Made by a program: the position numbers and the translations under genes. DNA of 64,000 bases from an uncultured Candidatus Saccharibacteria bacterium (GTDB lineage Bacteria; Patescibacteriota; Doudnabacteria; UBA920; VMFF01). Below the pieces are notes generated by a model. That model ran no database searches. It worked only from the letters and a program-made list of their open reading frames with translations, and was not told the DNA's origin. How positions within the stretch are numbered: the first letter of the stretch is position 1; each line of letters opens with the position of its first letter. Positions 6,754 to 17,207 of the stretch are shown in pieces. The DNA lies in assembly GCA_964364285.1 (NCBI GenBank), contig CAYIKZ010000001.1:17237-81236 (forward strand), read 5' to 3'.

Positions 6754-8826
6754 ATGACCGAAGCGCACAGTCCTGAGCATCAGCCACAAGCTGAAGCAAA
6801 TGACACTGAAACAAAAAACAAACCACAAGTAGAAATAGACGAAAGCCTGGATATTAATAATCAGCCAGGGTTTTTAGAGCGCGTAAGAAACAACACTAAA
6901 GAATTTGTTTCTTCTGTTAAAACAACTGCTAGAATTGGAACAGTAGAGCGTTTGCAGACATGGTGGAACGATTCTAGTTATAAGAGACAAGACCAAAAGG
7001 CAGGAAAATTTTCTTCACAACATAATGATCATGATAGAGAGGTACATGCCCTAGAAGACCGTATTAGAAGACAAGACATTGCTGATGCTGACATGGAGCA
7101 TAGATTTGGCAGTAGCCAAGAACGTTCTAGAAAATCCCAGAAAGATAGAGAAACTTTGATGCACAGAATGGAGCAAGTTAAAAATGAACGAGAGATAGCC
7201 CGATTAAATTTAGAAAGTGTTAATTACAAAAAACAAGTTTACGAGAAAAAAGTTAAAGGTATAGCAAGTGGAGTCGTCGAAAGAGTTAACGAACGTTTAG
7301 AACCACAGGAAGCTAGTTTAGAGGTTATGCGTGCAAGAAAGCAACAGCTTGATTCTGAAATATTAACGTTCCAATCAAATGTTGATGAAACAGAAAACAT
7401 TCTTGATCAGATGGAAAGAGTTCAGGCAAGAGCCGGATTTGATTTTGACAAAGATGCATATGGAGAACAGATTAGAGAAATAAGGCTCCAGCTTAAGGAT
7501 TATCAAAAGAACTTAGATCAAAGAACCAAAGAAGCAAAGCGATTGGGGAGTTCAATCGAATCTGTAACAGGGAAGGTTGTCTCTTGGCGAGCGAAACGAA
7601 TGCAATATGAGAAGGTTTTGAATAGAGAATATAAGTACGCGCATCATGATGCTGATCAAGAAGACATGGCTGCAGTCAGAGCTAGGATGGACGCGTTTTC
7701 TAGAGAAGATAGAGAGAAACAGAAAAAACCAAACAAACTTGATCCAGAGGTTATGCGTAAGCTTTGGAATGGCGTGTTGGGGAATAAGCTGAGAATAACA
7801 GCGAAACAACTTGAGATGTTTGTTAATCCAAAAATAAAAGTAGAAGGTGTTAATTATCTGACTTTTAAATATATTGTTCAAGAAATTACTGGTAAAAAAA
7901 TATCAGAGAGTGATTGGAATATTTTTGAGAGTGAAGTTCAGAAACAATTAAGATCAGGGTCACAAGAAGAAGAGACCCAAGAACAAACAGCAACACCATC
8001 TCAGCTTGTGCCAGGAACACCACCAGAAGCAATTGCTGAAGGCGTAACTATAGAGCCATCTGACGGTATGCCAGGAGAAGAAGCACCTCAAGCTCAAGCA
8101 CCCGAAGAAACAGTTGAGGCAGCTATTGAACCAGCTGGTTCCATAGAGTCTGAAGTAGGAGAAGGATCAGCGCCTGAGGAAGGTGAAGAGGCCGCAGAAA
8201 CAGAAGTGATAGAAAAGAAAGTAAGAAAGTTTGGTTACAACGGGTTTGATATAAAACACTTGGTTACTGCTTGGAATCAACGTTTTTCTGAAAAGTTTCA
8301 GTTGGATTTAAAAACTTTTTCAGAAGACGCTGATTCTATGTTCCCTGATAGAAAAAATAAGCACGTATTAAAATTAAGAGATTTTAAAAAGATCATTGAG
8401 AACCAGTTTGCGCATTTAACAGATGAATCTCTTGGATCTAAACCTGAGGAAGTAGCACAATTTAAAGAAGATGTTCAGAAATTCAAAGAGTTCTTCATTG
8501 AAAATCAAATAGGTAAGATGGATGGTTATGTTGATGAAGAAAGTGATGAGTTCTATGCTCAAGAAGCTGACATTACAAGCCTTTGTGAACTTTGGAATGA
8601 TCTTTCCGATGACGCTGATGATATAAGTCCAGAAAAACTTCAAGAGCATGATCCTGATATTTCAAGTGAAGGCAATACCACCTTAAGCACTGCTAGATTC
8701 ATGGATGATACAGAACAATACAGAAGAACACAGGGACCAAAGTTTGATAATAGGAAGAGTAAAAAAACGGCTGGTTGGTTTAGCAGGTTATTGATAAGGC
8801 GTTGGGGTTTAAAAAAGAAAAAATAA
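6754..8826 (+). CDS. Large hypothetical coiled-coil/acidic protein
   Basis: 690-aa ORF, heptad-rich N-half, Pro/Glu-rich linker; TGTATAAT upstream. Confidence 0.8.
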   Translation: MTEAHSPEHQPQAEANDTETKNKPQVEIDESLDINNQPGFLERVRNNTKEFVSSVKTTARIGTVERLQTWWNDSSYKRQDQKAGKFSSQHNDHDREVHALEDRIRRQDIADADMEHRFGSSQERSRKSQKDRETLMHRMEQVKNEREIARLNLESVNYKKQVYEKKVKGIASGVVERVNERLEPQEASLEVMRARKQQLDSEILTFQSNVDETENILDQMERVQARAGFDFDKDAYGEQIREIRLQLKDYQKNLDQRTKEAKRLGSSIESVTGKVVSWRAKRMQYEKVLNREYKYAHHDADQEDMAAVRARMDAFSREDREKQKKPNKLDPEVMRKLWNGVLGNKLRITAKQLEMFVNPKIKVEGVNYLTFKYIVQEITGKKISESDWNIFESEVQKQLRSGSQEEETQEQTATPSQLVPGTPPEAIAEGVTIEPSDGMPGEEAPQAQAPEETVEAAIEPAGSIESEVGEGSAPEEGEEAAETEVIEKKVRKFGYNGFDIKHLVTAWNQRFSEKFQLDLKTFSEDADSMFPDRKNKHVLKLRDFKKIIENQFAHLTDESLGSKPEEVAQFKEDVQKFKEFFIENQIGKMDGYVDEESDEFYAQEADITSLCELWNDLSDDADDISPEKLQEHDPDISSEGNTTLSTARFMDDTEQYRRTQGPKFDNRKSKKTAGWFSRLLIRRWGLKKKK

Positions 8827-8829
8827 TTT

Positions 8830-9042
8830 ATGGATACCACAACACAAGAATTAAATAGCTTAAGTGATAACCTAAAACAGGCAAATGCCCAGTTCATGCA
8901 TAAGACTGCGGCGTTGATAGACGAGTTAGATAAGGATATTAGGGAGTCAGATGTTAATCTGGCGGCATTGAGTAAGGAAATGCAGCACACGGAAGCATGG
9001 GCTGATCGAGAGTTATCAGAGGCTGTGACTGAGCTAGAATAG
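8830..9042 (+). CDS. Small acidic helical hypothetical protein
   Basis: 70-aa ORF 3 nt after the previous stop, same strand. Confidence 0.6.
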   Translation: MDTTTQELNSLSDNLKQANAQFMHKTAALIDELDKDIRESDVNLAALSKEMQHTEAWADRELSEAVTELE

Positions 9043-9076
9043 CGACATTCCACAGGTGTGGACAAATCCTTGAGTT

Positions 9077-9105
9077 TTGACAAAAAGGGGCAAATTTGTT
9101 AATAT
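9077..9105 (+). promoter_or_regulatory. Sigma70 promoter of tuf
   Basis: TTGACA-N17-TAATAT with extended -10 TG. Confidence 0.7.
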
Positions 9106-9206
9106 CTTTACGCGTTATACATAATGCGTAATTTTATTTCCCCATAAAAATAATTAATTGTAATGCCCTGGAGAGCTGTAAAGCTCGGGCAGTAAAGGAA
9201 AGCACA

Positions 9207-10397
9207 ATGGCAGAAGGAAAGTTTGAACGTAATAAGGTGCACGTCAACGTCGGAACCATTGGTCACGTCGACCACGGTAAGACTACTTTGACTGCAGCTA
9301 TTACTACAGTTCTTGCCAAATCAGGCAAGGCTAAAGCTCGTGCATATGACAGCATTGATAATGCTCCAGAAGAAAAGGCACGCGGTATTACTATTAACAC
9401 CTCTCACGCAGAATACGAGTCTGACAAGAGACACTATGCTCACGTTGACTGTCCAGGTCACGCAGACTACGTAAAGAACATGATCACTGGTGCTGCTCAA
9501 ATGGACGGCGCTATCTTGGTTGTTTCTGCAACTGATGGTCCAATGCCTCAGACAAGAGAGCACATCTTGCTCGCATACCAGGTTGGTGTGCCACACATCG
9601 TTGTTTACATGAACAAGTGTGATATGGTTCAAGACAAGGAACTTTTGGATTTGGTTGAAGAAGAAATCCGTGATTTGTTGACTAAGTATCACTATGATGG
9701 AAAGAACACTCCAATCATCCGTGGTTCTGCTTTGAAAGCCTTGGAAGGTGACACCTCAGAAATGGGTGAGCCATCCATCGTAAAGCTTATTGAAGCCTTG
9801 GATACATTTATCCCAGACCCAGTCAGACAAACAGACAAGCCGTTCTTAATGCCTATTGAAGACATCTTCTCAATTGAAGGCCGCGGAACAGTTGTTACCG
9901 GTAGAATTGAGAGAGGTATGGTCAAAATTGGTGAAGAAATCGAAATCATCGGTATTCGCCCAACAAGCAAAACCACAGTTACTGGTATTGAAATGTTCAA
10001 CAAACAGTTGGACGAAGGTCAAGCTGGTGACAACGCAGGTATTTTGCTTCGTGGTACTAAGAAAGATGAAGTTGAACGTGGACAGGTTTTGGCAAAGCCA
10101 GGATCTGTTACTCCACACTCAGAGTTTGAAGGTGAAGTATACATTTTAACCAAAGAAGAAGGTGGTAGACATACCCCATTCTTCAAGGGTTACAAACCAC
10201 AGTTCTACATCAGAACAACTGACGTTACTGGTGAAGTTATTTTGCCAGAAGGTCAGGAAATGGTAATGCCTGGTGATACAGTTAAGATCAATGTTAAATT
10301 GATTACCCCTGTTGCTTTGGAAGATAAGCTCCGCTTCGCTATTCGCGAAGGTGGCCACACAGTTGGTGCAGGTGTAGTAACAAAGATCACTAAGTAA
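9207..10397 (+). CDS. tuf: Elongation factor Tu
   Basis: [30 protein letters not shown]. Confidence 0.99.
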   Translation: MAEGKFERNKVHVNVGTIGHVDHGKTTLTAAITTVLAKSGKAKARAYDSIDNAPEEKARGITINTSHAEYESDKRHYAHVDCPGHADYVKNMITGAAQMDGAILVVSATDGPMPQTREHILLAYQVGVPHIVVYMNKCDMVQDKELLDLVEEEIRDLLTKYHYDGKNTPIIRGSALKALEGDTSEMGEPSIVKLIEALDTFIPDPVRQTDKPFLMPIEDIFSIEGRGTVVTGRIERGMVKIGEEIEIIGIRPTSKTTVTGIEMFNKQLDEGQAGDNAGILLRGTKKDEVERGQVLAKPGSVTPHSEFEGEVYILTKEEGGRHTPFFKGYKPQFYIRTTDVTGEVILPEGQEMVMPGDTVKINVKLITPVALEDKLRFAIREGGHTVGAGVVTKITK

Positions 10398-10408
10398 TCT
10401 ATGTAATT

Positions 10409-10443
10409 TAAAGAGACCCCTTGTTTTAGGGGGTCTCTTTTAA
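10409..10443 (+). terminator. Intrinsic terminator after tuf
   Basis: AAAGAGACCCC...GGGGTCTCTTTT hairpin. Confidence 0.8.
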
Positions 10444-10448
10444 ACTCT

Positions 10449-10784
10449 ATGAACAGAGAGCATCAAACAAATTTCGAAAAAGAGCTTAATACTATGCCAG
10501 CATTGAATGCTGAGCTAACAGAGAGCGATGCAATAAACGATGCAATTGCTAATTGGGAGAAAGATAACAAAAACGAAGAATTAGCCCATGCCATTGATGT
10601 TTTGGTAGATACAGGCGCTTCCTGTGTAATGCTGAATTCGTATTTGGAGAACAAAATGAAAGATGATGATTCAGCAAGGTTTAAGTATGTAGAATTCATG
10701 GGTTTACCCTTCTTAGAGCTCATTTTAGACGAAAACAAGCAGATTGTTGGGGTTAGAAGAAAAGCCCCAAAAATTGTTTCTTAG
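10449..10784 (+). CDS. Hypothetical protein
   Basis: 111-aa ORF filling the gap between the tuf terminator and the rpsJ promoter. Confidence 0.6.
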   Translation: MNREHQTNFEKELNTMPALNAELTESDAINDAIANWEKDNKNEELAHAIDVLVDTGASCVMLNSYLENKMKDDDSARFKYVEFMGLPFLELILDENKQIVGVRRKAPKIVS

Positions 10785-10801
10785 GGTATTTTCTGACCTC
10801 T

Positions 10802-10830
10802 TTGACAAAAGCAAGGCTTTAGTTTAAAAT
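10802..10830 (+). promoter_or_regulatory. Sigma70 promoter of the S10 operon
   Basis: TTGACA-N17-TAAAAT. Confidence 0.75.
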
Positions 10831-10875
10831 AAGCAAGTAATTAATCAACTAATCCCGCAACTTAACACAGCAAAA

Positions 10876-11193
10876 ATGGACGCTTCTAAAAGCAAGATCA
10901 GAATAAAGATCAAAGCATACGACCACAAATTGATTGATCAGTCTGCAAAACAGATTGTAGACACCGCAAAGAGAAGCGGAGCAACTATCACCGGTCCTAT
11001 TCCTTTGCCAACTGAAAAAACCAAGTACACAGTACTTCGTTCAACTTTTGTGCACAAGGATAGCCGAGAACAGTTTGAAATGCGTGTTCATAAGAGATTA
11101 ATTGACATTACAGATCCAACACCTAAAACAGTAGATTCATTAACAAATTTGAATCTTCCAGCTGGAGTAGATGTTGAGATAAAGATGAATTAG
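10876..11193 (+). CDS. rpsJ: 30S ribosomal protein S10
   Basis: [23 protein letters not shown]. Confidence 0.98.
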   Translation: MDASKSKIRIKIKAYDHKLIDQSAKQIVDTAKRSGATITGPIPLPTEKTKYTVLRSTFVHKDSREQFEMRVHKRLIDITDPTPKTVDSLTNLNLPAGVDVEIKMN

Positions 11194-11432
11194 ATTGTCG
11201 GGGCTTTAGAGCTCAAAACAAAATAGAATGAGTTGTTACAGAATAGTTCCTGGGTAAGGATAACTTCTGAACCAACAAAGTTCTAAGAGAAGATTAAAAA
11301 CTTTCCCCGCAGCTTAAAAAGCTGCATCACAACGAAAACACTTTAAAGAACCAAGACGGTTCGTTTGCCGAGAGTCAATAACTATTGATTCTTCCGGTCA
11401 AGTGGCTCGTCTTGGTTTTTTGTTTAAAAACA

Positions 11433-12089
11433 ATGAAGTTCACAATAGCAAAAAAACTTAATATGTCTTCTCATTTCCTGGAATCAGGGTTAGCTATTCC
11501 CGTAACCATTTTACACGCTGGCCCTGTTATTGTTACTCAGATTAAGAGCAAAGAAAAGGATAAATACGAAGCAGTCCAGGTTGGATATGGAAAAAAGAAG
11601 AATCATTCAAAAGCATTGACCGGCCACTTTAAGGGGTTGGGCAATTTTGCTGTTTTGAAAGAGTTTAAAGTTAAAGATCTTGCTCAGTTTGAAGTTGGTA
11701 AGAAAATCGATATTGCTGATTTCCAAGTAGGCGAGATGGTCCATGTAACCGGCATTATGAAAGGCCGCGGTTTTGCTGGTGCCATAAAGAGACACGGTTT
11801 TGCTGGTATGCCTGCATCTCACGGACACGACAAGCCACGCGCTGTTGGTTCTATTGGTCAACGTTTTCCACAACACGTTCGTAAAGGTTTAAGAATGGCA
11901 GGAAGAATGGGTGGCGTTGGTGTTACTGTTAAAAACTTACAAATCGTTGATATTGATCCAAAGAGAAGCTTAATCGCTGTTAAAGGCGCTGTTCCTGGAC
12001 ACAGAAACGGTCTTGTTGAAATTGTTTCAACAGGGAAGATTAAGGATTTGGAAGTTAAGAGAACTGAAAAGAAAGAAAAGAAGAAATAG
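11433..12089 (+). CDS. rplC: 50S ribosomal protein L3
   Basis: KGRGFAGAIKRHGF, MAGRMG, VKGAVPG; start set at ATG 11433. Confidence 0.95.
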   Translation: MKFTIAKKLNMSSHFLESGLAIPVTILHAGPVIVTQIKSKEKDKYEAVQVGYGKKKNHSKALTGHFKGLGNFAVLKEFKVKDLAQFEVGKKIDIADFQVGEMVHVTGIMKGRGFAGAIKRHGFAGMPASHGHDKPRAVGSIGQRFPQHVRKGLRMAGRMGGVGVTVKNLQIVDIDPKRSLIAVKGAVPGHRNGLVEIVSTGKIKDLEVKRTEKKEKKK

Positions 12090-12092
12090 CAT

Positions 12093-12734
12093 ATGAAGAC
12101 TACAGTATATAACCAGAAACTAGAACAAGCAGGAGAATTGGAATTAAATCCAAAGATTTTTGAAATTACTCCTGTTGTAGAATTAATTCAGTTAGCAGTT
12201 AGAATTCAGCTTGCTAATGCCCGCCAAGGTTCTGCAAACACAAAGACTCGCGGAGAAGTTCGCGGTGGTGGAAGGAAACCATGGAAACAAAAGGGAACTG
12301 GTAATGCCAGAGCTGGATCTATTAGATCCCCAATCTGGAGACATGGTGGTATTACTTTTGGACCACGTGCAAACCGTAACCATGAATTAAAGATGAATCA
12401 GAAGCAGTGGAGAAAAGCATTGTACATGACTTTGTCTGACAAAGCTTCTGAAAACAATTTCTTAGTTTTTTCTGAATTAGAAATGAAGACCCCAAAGACT
12501 AAGGAAATGAGCGCTTGGTTAAACAAGATTTCAAAGAATATTTCAAAATCTGCAAAGAAGTTCTTAGTAGTCATTCCAAAGAATGATGAAGGAATTGTTA
12601 AATCAGCAAGAAACTTAAAGAACGTAAAGGTAATCTTTGCAAATAGCTTAAACGTTGTTGATATCATGAATTCAGACGCGGTTATTACCTCGCAAGCATC
12701 ATTACCAATAATTGAGAAGACATATTTAAAGTAA
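12093..12734 (+). CDS. rplD: 50S ribosomal protein L4
   Basis: TKTRGEVRGGGRKPWKQKGTGNARAGS. Confidence 0.97.
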   Translation: MKTTVYNQKLEQAGELELNPKIFEITPVVELIQLAVRIQLANARQGSANTKTRGEVRGGGRKPWKQKGTGNARAGSIRSPIWRHGGITFGPRANRNHELKMNQKQWRKALYMTLSDKASENNFLVFSELEMKTPKTKEMSAWLNKISKNISKSAKKFLVVIPKNDEGIVKSARNLKNVKVIFANSLNVVDIMNSDAVITSQASLPIIEKTYLK

Positions 12735-12744
12735 TTTAAAAGCA

Positions 12745-13125
12745 ATGGCAATATTTGGAAAAGACAAAACTGAAAAAGAAGCAAAGAAGCCAGAAACGGC
12801 TGATTTGAAAGTGTCTGAAACCAAAGCAAAATCCAAGGAAAATACTGGTGATGCTTACAAGATTTTAGTTAAGCCTTTGGTTACAGAAAAAAGCTTCAAA
12901 GGAATGGAAAAAGGCCAGTATGTTTTTAAAGTCAACAAGAAAGCAAACAAGATTTCAGTTAGAAACGCAGTTGAAAAAGTATATGATGTTAAAGTTTTGC
13001 GCGTTAATATAATCACAGTGAAGGGTAAGATAGTAAATCGCGGAAAGATTGCGGGTAGAACATCTGATTGGAAGAAAGCAGTTGTAACATTAAAACCAGG
13101 AAACACAATTGCTCAGGCTAATTAG
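12745..13125 (+). CDS. rplW: 50S ribosomal protein L23 (N-terminal extension)
   Basis: PLVTEKS, ANKISV, WKKAVVTL. Confidence 0.93.
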   Translation: MAIFGKDKTEKEAKKPETADLKVSETKAKSKENTGDAYKILVKPLVTEKSFKGMEKGQYVFKVNKKANKISVRNAVEKVYDVKVLRVNIITVKGKIVNRGKIAGRTSDWKKAVVTLKPGNTIAQAN

Positions 13126-13145
13126 CCTAGAATAACTTAAGGATT

Positions 13146-13982
13146 ATGGCAGTTAAACTCTACAAACCAACTAGCAGCGGAAGAAGAATTCATTCAGTAA
13201 CTGATTACTCTGTTTTGAACAAGAGCGCAAAGACTCCAAAGAATTTGATGCTCTCAAAATCAAAGAGTGGTGGAAGAAACTTCTCCGGTAAGATTACAGT
13301 CCGTCATAGAGGTGGTGGTTTCAAGAAAATCGTTCGTATTGTTGACTACTCTCGTGCTGATAAAATGGACATACCAGCAAAGGTTTTAAGCGTTGAATAC
13401 GCACCTGGCAGATCTTCTTTCCTTTCTTTGCTTTCATACAAAGATGGAGAAAAGAGATTCATCATCACACCGCACGGCTTGAAAGTTGGTCAGACAATTA
13501 TTACTTCAGTAAAAGCAGAACCACAGTTAGGTAACAGAATGTTAATCAAGCACATTCCTGCAGGATCTTTTGTTCATGATGTTGAGCTCATTCCTGGAAA
13601 AAAGGGAGCAGTCGCAAGAAGTGCTGGCAGTTATGCAATTTTACAAACAGTTGAAGATGGTTATGCTTTACTAAAAATGCCAAGCGGAGAAATCCGTAAG
13701 GTTTCTGAAAACAGCATGGCAACAATGGGTCAGGTTTCAAACACTGATTGGATGAATGTAAGAATTGGGAAAGCAGGAAGAGTTAGATTAATGGGAAGAA
13801 GACCAACTGTCAGAGGTAAAGCAATGAACCCTGTAGACCACCCACACGGTGGAGGAGAAGGTCATAACCCAATCGGTATGAAATATCCAAAGACCCCATG
13901 GGGCAAACATGCTTTGGGTGTTAGAACCAGGGACAAGAAAAAGCCAAGCTCCAAGTTTATAGTTAAGAGAAGATACCAATAA
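13146..13982 (+). CDS. rplB: 50S ribosomal protein L2
   Basis: [25 protein letters not shown]. Confidence 0.98.
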   Translation: MAVKLYKPTSSGRRIHSVTDYSVLNKSAKTPKNLMLSKSKSGGRNFSGKITVRHRGGGFKKIVRIVDYSRADKMDIPAKVLSVEYAPGRSSFLSLLSYKDGEKRFIITPHGLKVGQTIITSVKAEPQLGNRMLIKHIPAGSFVHDVELIPGKKGAVARSAGSYAILQTVEDGYALLKMPSGEIRKVSENSMATMGQVSNTDWMNVRIGKAGRVRLMGRRPTVRGKAMNPVDHPHGGGEGHNPIGMKYPKTPWGKHALGVRTRDKKKPSSKFIVKRRYQ

Positions 13983-13983
13983 T

Positions 13984-14316
13984 ATGTCACGTTCACTTAA
14001 AAAAGGCGCATACATAGACGAAAGAATCTTGAAAAGATTAGTAGGTGCAAAACCTGGATCTAAGTTCAAGACCTGGTCTCGTGAATCAACTATTTTCCCA
14101 GAAATGGTCGGCTTTACTTTTGAAGTACATAACGGAAAAACCCATTTACCAGTCTTTGTTACAGAAAACATGGTAGGACACAAACTCGGTGAGTTTTCTC
14201 CAACACGTAAGTTCTTCAGACATGGTGGTAAGATGGCAAAAGAACAGGAAGCAGCAGCAGCTCAAGTAGAAAAAGCAAAGATGCAAGAAGTAAAAGAACC
14301 AGAGAAAAAGAAATAA
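13984..14316 (+). CDS. rpsS: 30S ribosomal protein S19
   Basis: [25 protein letters not shown]. Confidence 0.97.
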   Translation: MSRSLKKGAYIDERILKRLVGAKPGSKFKTWSRESTIFPEMVGFTFEVHNGKTHLPVFVTENMVGHKLGEFSPTRKFFRHGGKMAKEQEAAAAQVEKAKMQEVKEPEKKK

Positions 14317-14332
14317 CTGATATTCAATATAT

Positions 14333-14911
14333 ATGGCAAAGAAGACTACAGAAAAAAAGAACATTGTTAAAACAGCTGAAGCACATGCTCGTTTTGTAAG
14401 AATTAGTCCACGCAAAGCGCGCTTGGTTACTAACCTTGTAAAAAACATGTATGCTTTGGATGCTTTAGTTCAGCTTCGTTTTGTAAGCAAGAAGGCTTCT
14501 GCAGTCATTGCCGATGTCATTAAGTCAGCAATTTCAAACGGTGCTAACAACTTTAACTTAAAAAAAGAAAGTTTGTATATTAAAACCATTACAGTAGATG
14601 GCGGACCAAAGTTAAAGCGTTATATGCCAAGAGCACAAGGACGCGCATCTGAATTAAGAAAACCTTTCAGCCATATTAATGTTCTTTTAGAAGAAAGAGA
14701 TGGTAAAGCAAAACACACTATTGCAGGACTCGGATTTGAAAAGAAAGTAAAAGCTGAAAAACCAACAGAAGCAAAAACTTCTAAAGAAGAACTATCAGAA
14801 GAGGCTAACAAGCCAGTAGTTCGTAATCAAGTTGATAAAGGGGAACAGGATATTAAGAAGAGCACTGTTACCCAAAAGCGCAGACTATTTAATAGAAAGA
14901 GCGGAGTTTAA
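14333..14911 (+). CDS. rplV: 50S ribosomal protein L22 with long C-terminal extension
   Basis: RISPRKARLV, PRAQGRA, SHI. Confidence 0.95.
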   Translation: MAKKTTEKKNIVKTAEAHARFVRISPRKARLVTNLVKNMYALDALVQLRFVSKKASAVIADVIKSAISNGANNFNLKKESLYIKTITVDGGPKLKRYMPRAQGRASELRKPFSHINVLLEERDGKAKHTIAGLGFEKKVKAEKPTEAKTSKEELSEEANKPVVRNQVDKGEQDIKKSTVTQKRRLFNRKSGV

Positions 14912-14921
14912 TTAGAAATAT

Positions 14922-15614
14922 ATGGGACATAAAATTTCTCCAACAAGCTTTAGAATGAACATTACTGAGACTTGGAAGTCCAGATGGTTTTCCAAGACTC
15001 ACTTTGCGCAAACCTTGCGTGAAGATGTTCGGATTCGTGAATACTTAAATAATCTGTTGAAAAAAGCAGGCTTAGTTAGAATTGATATTGAGCGTTTAAA
15101 CGACGGAGGAGTTACAGTAATCATCAAATCTACAAAGCCAGGCATGATAATCGGTAAAGGCGGTAATGGTATTGAAGATTTAAAGAAGAAGCTCAAAGCA
15201 AAGATCGGCTTAAAGAAAGACGTTAAAGTAAACATTGAAGAGGTAAGAGACATCAACCTTCAAGCAGCTGTCATTGCTCAAAACATCGCAGATTCTTTAG
15301 AAAAGCGTGTCTCTTACAGAAGATTAATGAAGCAATCAATTGAACAGATCATGAATGCAGGAGCAAAGGGTGTTAAGATTGCAACTGGCGGACGCTTGGG
15401 TGGAGCTGAAATTGCTCGAACAGAATGGCTCTCTCAAGGAAAACTTCCTTTACATACTCTTAGGGCTAATATTGATTTTGCAAAAGCAACAGCATTTACA
15501 ACTTACGGAACAATTGGTGTGAAAGTTTGGATTAACAAAGGTGAAGTTTTTGAGAAAGTAAACACAGCAGAAGCACCAAGACCAGCATTTAGACCAAAGA
15601 GAGAAGTAAAGTAA
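14922..15614 (+). CDS. rpsC: 30S ribosomal protein S3
   Basis: [30 protein letters not shown]. Confidence 0.98.
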   Translation: MGHKISPTSFRMNITETWKSRWFSKTHFAQTLREDVRIREYLNNLLKKAGLVRIDIERLNDGGVTVIIKSTKPGMIIGKGGNGIEDLKKKLKAKIGLKKDVKVNIEEVRDINLQAAVIAQNIADSLEKRVSYRRLMKQSIEQIMNAGAKGVKIATGGRLGGAEIARTEWLSQGKLPLHTLRANIDFAKATAFTTYGTIGVKVWINKGEVFEKVNTAEAPRPAFRPKREVK

Positions 15615-15627
15615 TTTAGATAACTAT

Positions 15628-16038
15628 ATGATGATTCCTAAAAAACTTAAACACCGCAAACATCACCGCGGTCATACCAAAGGTAAAGCAATGGCAGGAA
15701 ACGAAATTGCTTTTGGCGCGTATGCTTTAAAAGCATTTGAAAACTCTTGGGTAACAGCAAGACAGATTGAAGCTGCCAGAAGAGCTATGACTAGATACAT
15801 CCAAAGAGGCGGTAAAGTTTGGATCAGGGTTTTTTCAGACAAACCAGTTACAGTACACGGTAATGAATCTCCAATGGGTGGAGGAAAAGGTGCAGTTGAC
15901 CATTTTGTAGCAGTTGTAAAACGCGGAAAGATTTTGTTTGAGATGGATGGAGTTCCTTTAGAACTTGCAAAAGAAGCTATGCGATTGGCATCATACAAAC
16001 TGCCTATAAAGACTAAGTTCATAACTAAGAATGACTAA
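15628..16038 (+). CDS. rplP: 50S ribosomal protein L16
   Basis: [23 protein letters not shown]. Confidence 0.97.
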   Translation: MMIPKKLKHRKHHRGHTKGKAMAGNEIAFGAYALKAFENSWVTARQIEAARRAMTRYIQRGGKVWIRVFSDKPVTVHGNESPMGGGKGAVDHFVAVVKRGKILFEMDGVPLELAKEAMRLASYKLPIKTKFITKND

Positions 16039-16039
16039 T

Positions 16040-16237
16040 ATGGATATCAAAGAATTAAAAGTAAAGAATGACGAGGAGTTGCGCAAAGACCTTTCAGCAC
16101 TTCAGGAACAAAGCAGAGAAATGCGCTTCAAGCTTAATTCAGGTGAATTAAAGAATCACAGCGAGCTTTCTAAAGTTAAGAAAACTATCGCAAGAATTCT
16201 AACAGTATTAACACAACGTTCTAAGCAATCTAAGTAA
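16040..16237 (+). CDS. rpmC: 50S ribosomal protein L29
   Basis: KKTIARILTV; position after rplP (start may be 16031). Confidence 0.9.
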   Translation: MDIKELKVKNDEELRKDLSALQEQSREMRFKLNSGELKNHSELSKVKKTIARILTVLTQRSKQSK

Positions 16238-16246
16238 TTTAAATAT

Positions 16247-16489
16247 ATGGATCAAGTAAAAAGAACAAAAATTGGAACAGTGACTTCAGACAAGATGGAT
16301 AAGACCGTTGTTGTTAAAGTTGACTCTTTGAAGCGCCACCCAAAATATAAGAAGAGCTACAAAGTTTCAAGCAAGTTCAAAGCACACTCAGAGAACAATG
16401 AATACCATATTGGCGACAAGGTTGAAATTGAAGAAACAAAGCCAATGTCTAAAGACAAGCATTTTAAAGTAATTAGAAAGATTAGCTAA
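16247..16489 (+). CDS. rpsQ: 30S ribosomal protein S17
   Basis: [25 protein letters not shown]. Confidence 0.96.
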   Translation: MDQVKRTKIGTVTSDKMDKTVVVKVDSLKRHPKYKKSYKVSSKFKAHSENNEYHIGDKVEIEETKPMSKDKHFKVIRKIS

Positions 16490-16493
16490 TAAT

Positions 16494-16865
16494 ATGTTAC
16501 AAGTAAGATCATGGATAAAAATTGCGGATAACACAGGAGCAAAGATAGTTGCAGTGTTTTCAGTCAATGGCAAAAATGCTAGCCGCTATGCTCGCATAGG
16601 TGATATTATTGTTGGTTCTGTAAAAGAATCAGCTCCAAAAGGTCAAGTTAAGAAAGGCGACAAAGTCTACGCAGTTATTGTCCGTACCAGAAAAGAAGTT
16701 CGCAGAAAAGATGGATCTTACATTCGTTTTGATGACAATGCCGGTGTTTTGGTAAGCAAAGATTCAGTTGAGCCAAAAGGCACACGTATCTTTGGACCAA
16801 TTCCAAGAGAATTGAGAGATAAAGGGTTTTCTAAAATTATCAGCTTAGCACCAGAGGTAATCTAA
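16494..16865 (+). CDS. rplN: 50S ribosomal protein L14
   Basis: [27 protein letters not shown]. Confidence 0.97.
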   Translation: MLQVRSWIKIADNTGAKIVAVFSVNGKNASRYARIGDIIVGSVKESAPKGQVKKGDKVYAVIVRTRKEVRRKDGSYIRFDDNAGVLVSKDSVEPKGTRIFGPIPRELRDKGFSKIISLAPEVI

Positions 16866-16866
16866 T

Positions 16867-17193
16867 ATGTTTACAGTCATAAAGAACACAAATTTAAAGA
16901 AAGGCGATAATGTTGCGGTTTTAGTCGGAAAAGATAAAGGCAAAACAGGCAAAGTCATTTCTGTTGATAGAAAAACCATGAGAGTAACGGTTGAAGCTAT
17001 TAACATGCACACAAGATTTGAAAAGAAACACACTGGTAAGCCTGGTCAGAAGATTATTTTTCCAGCACCAATGTCACCTTCTAAGTTAATATTGGTATGT
17101 CCAAACTGTGCTAAAGGAACAAGAATTGGCCATCAGATTTTAGAAGATGGTAAGAAGCAGAGAATCTGCAAGAAATGCAAGAAAGCAATTTAA
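16867..17193 (+). CDS. rplX: 50S ribosomal protein L24
   Basis: KKGDNVAVLVGKDKGKTG KOW motif. Confidence 0.95.
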   Translation: MFTVIKNTNLKKGDNVAVLVGKDKGKTGKVISVDRKTMRVTVEAINMHTRFEKKHTGKPGQKIIFPAPMSPSKLILVCPNCAKGTRIGHQILEDGKKQRICKKCKKAI

Positions 17194-17207
17194 GCTAAAG
17201 AATATAT

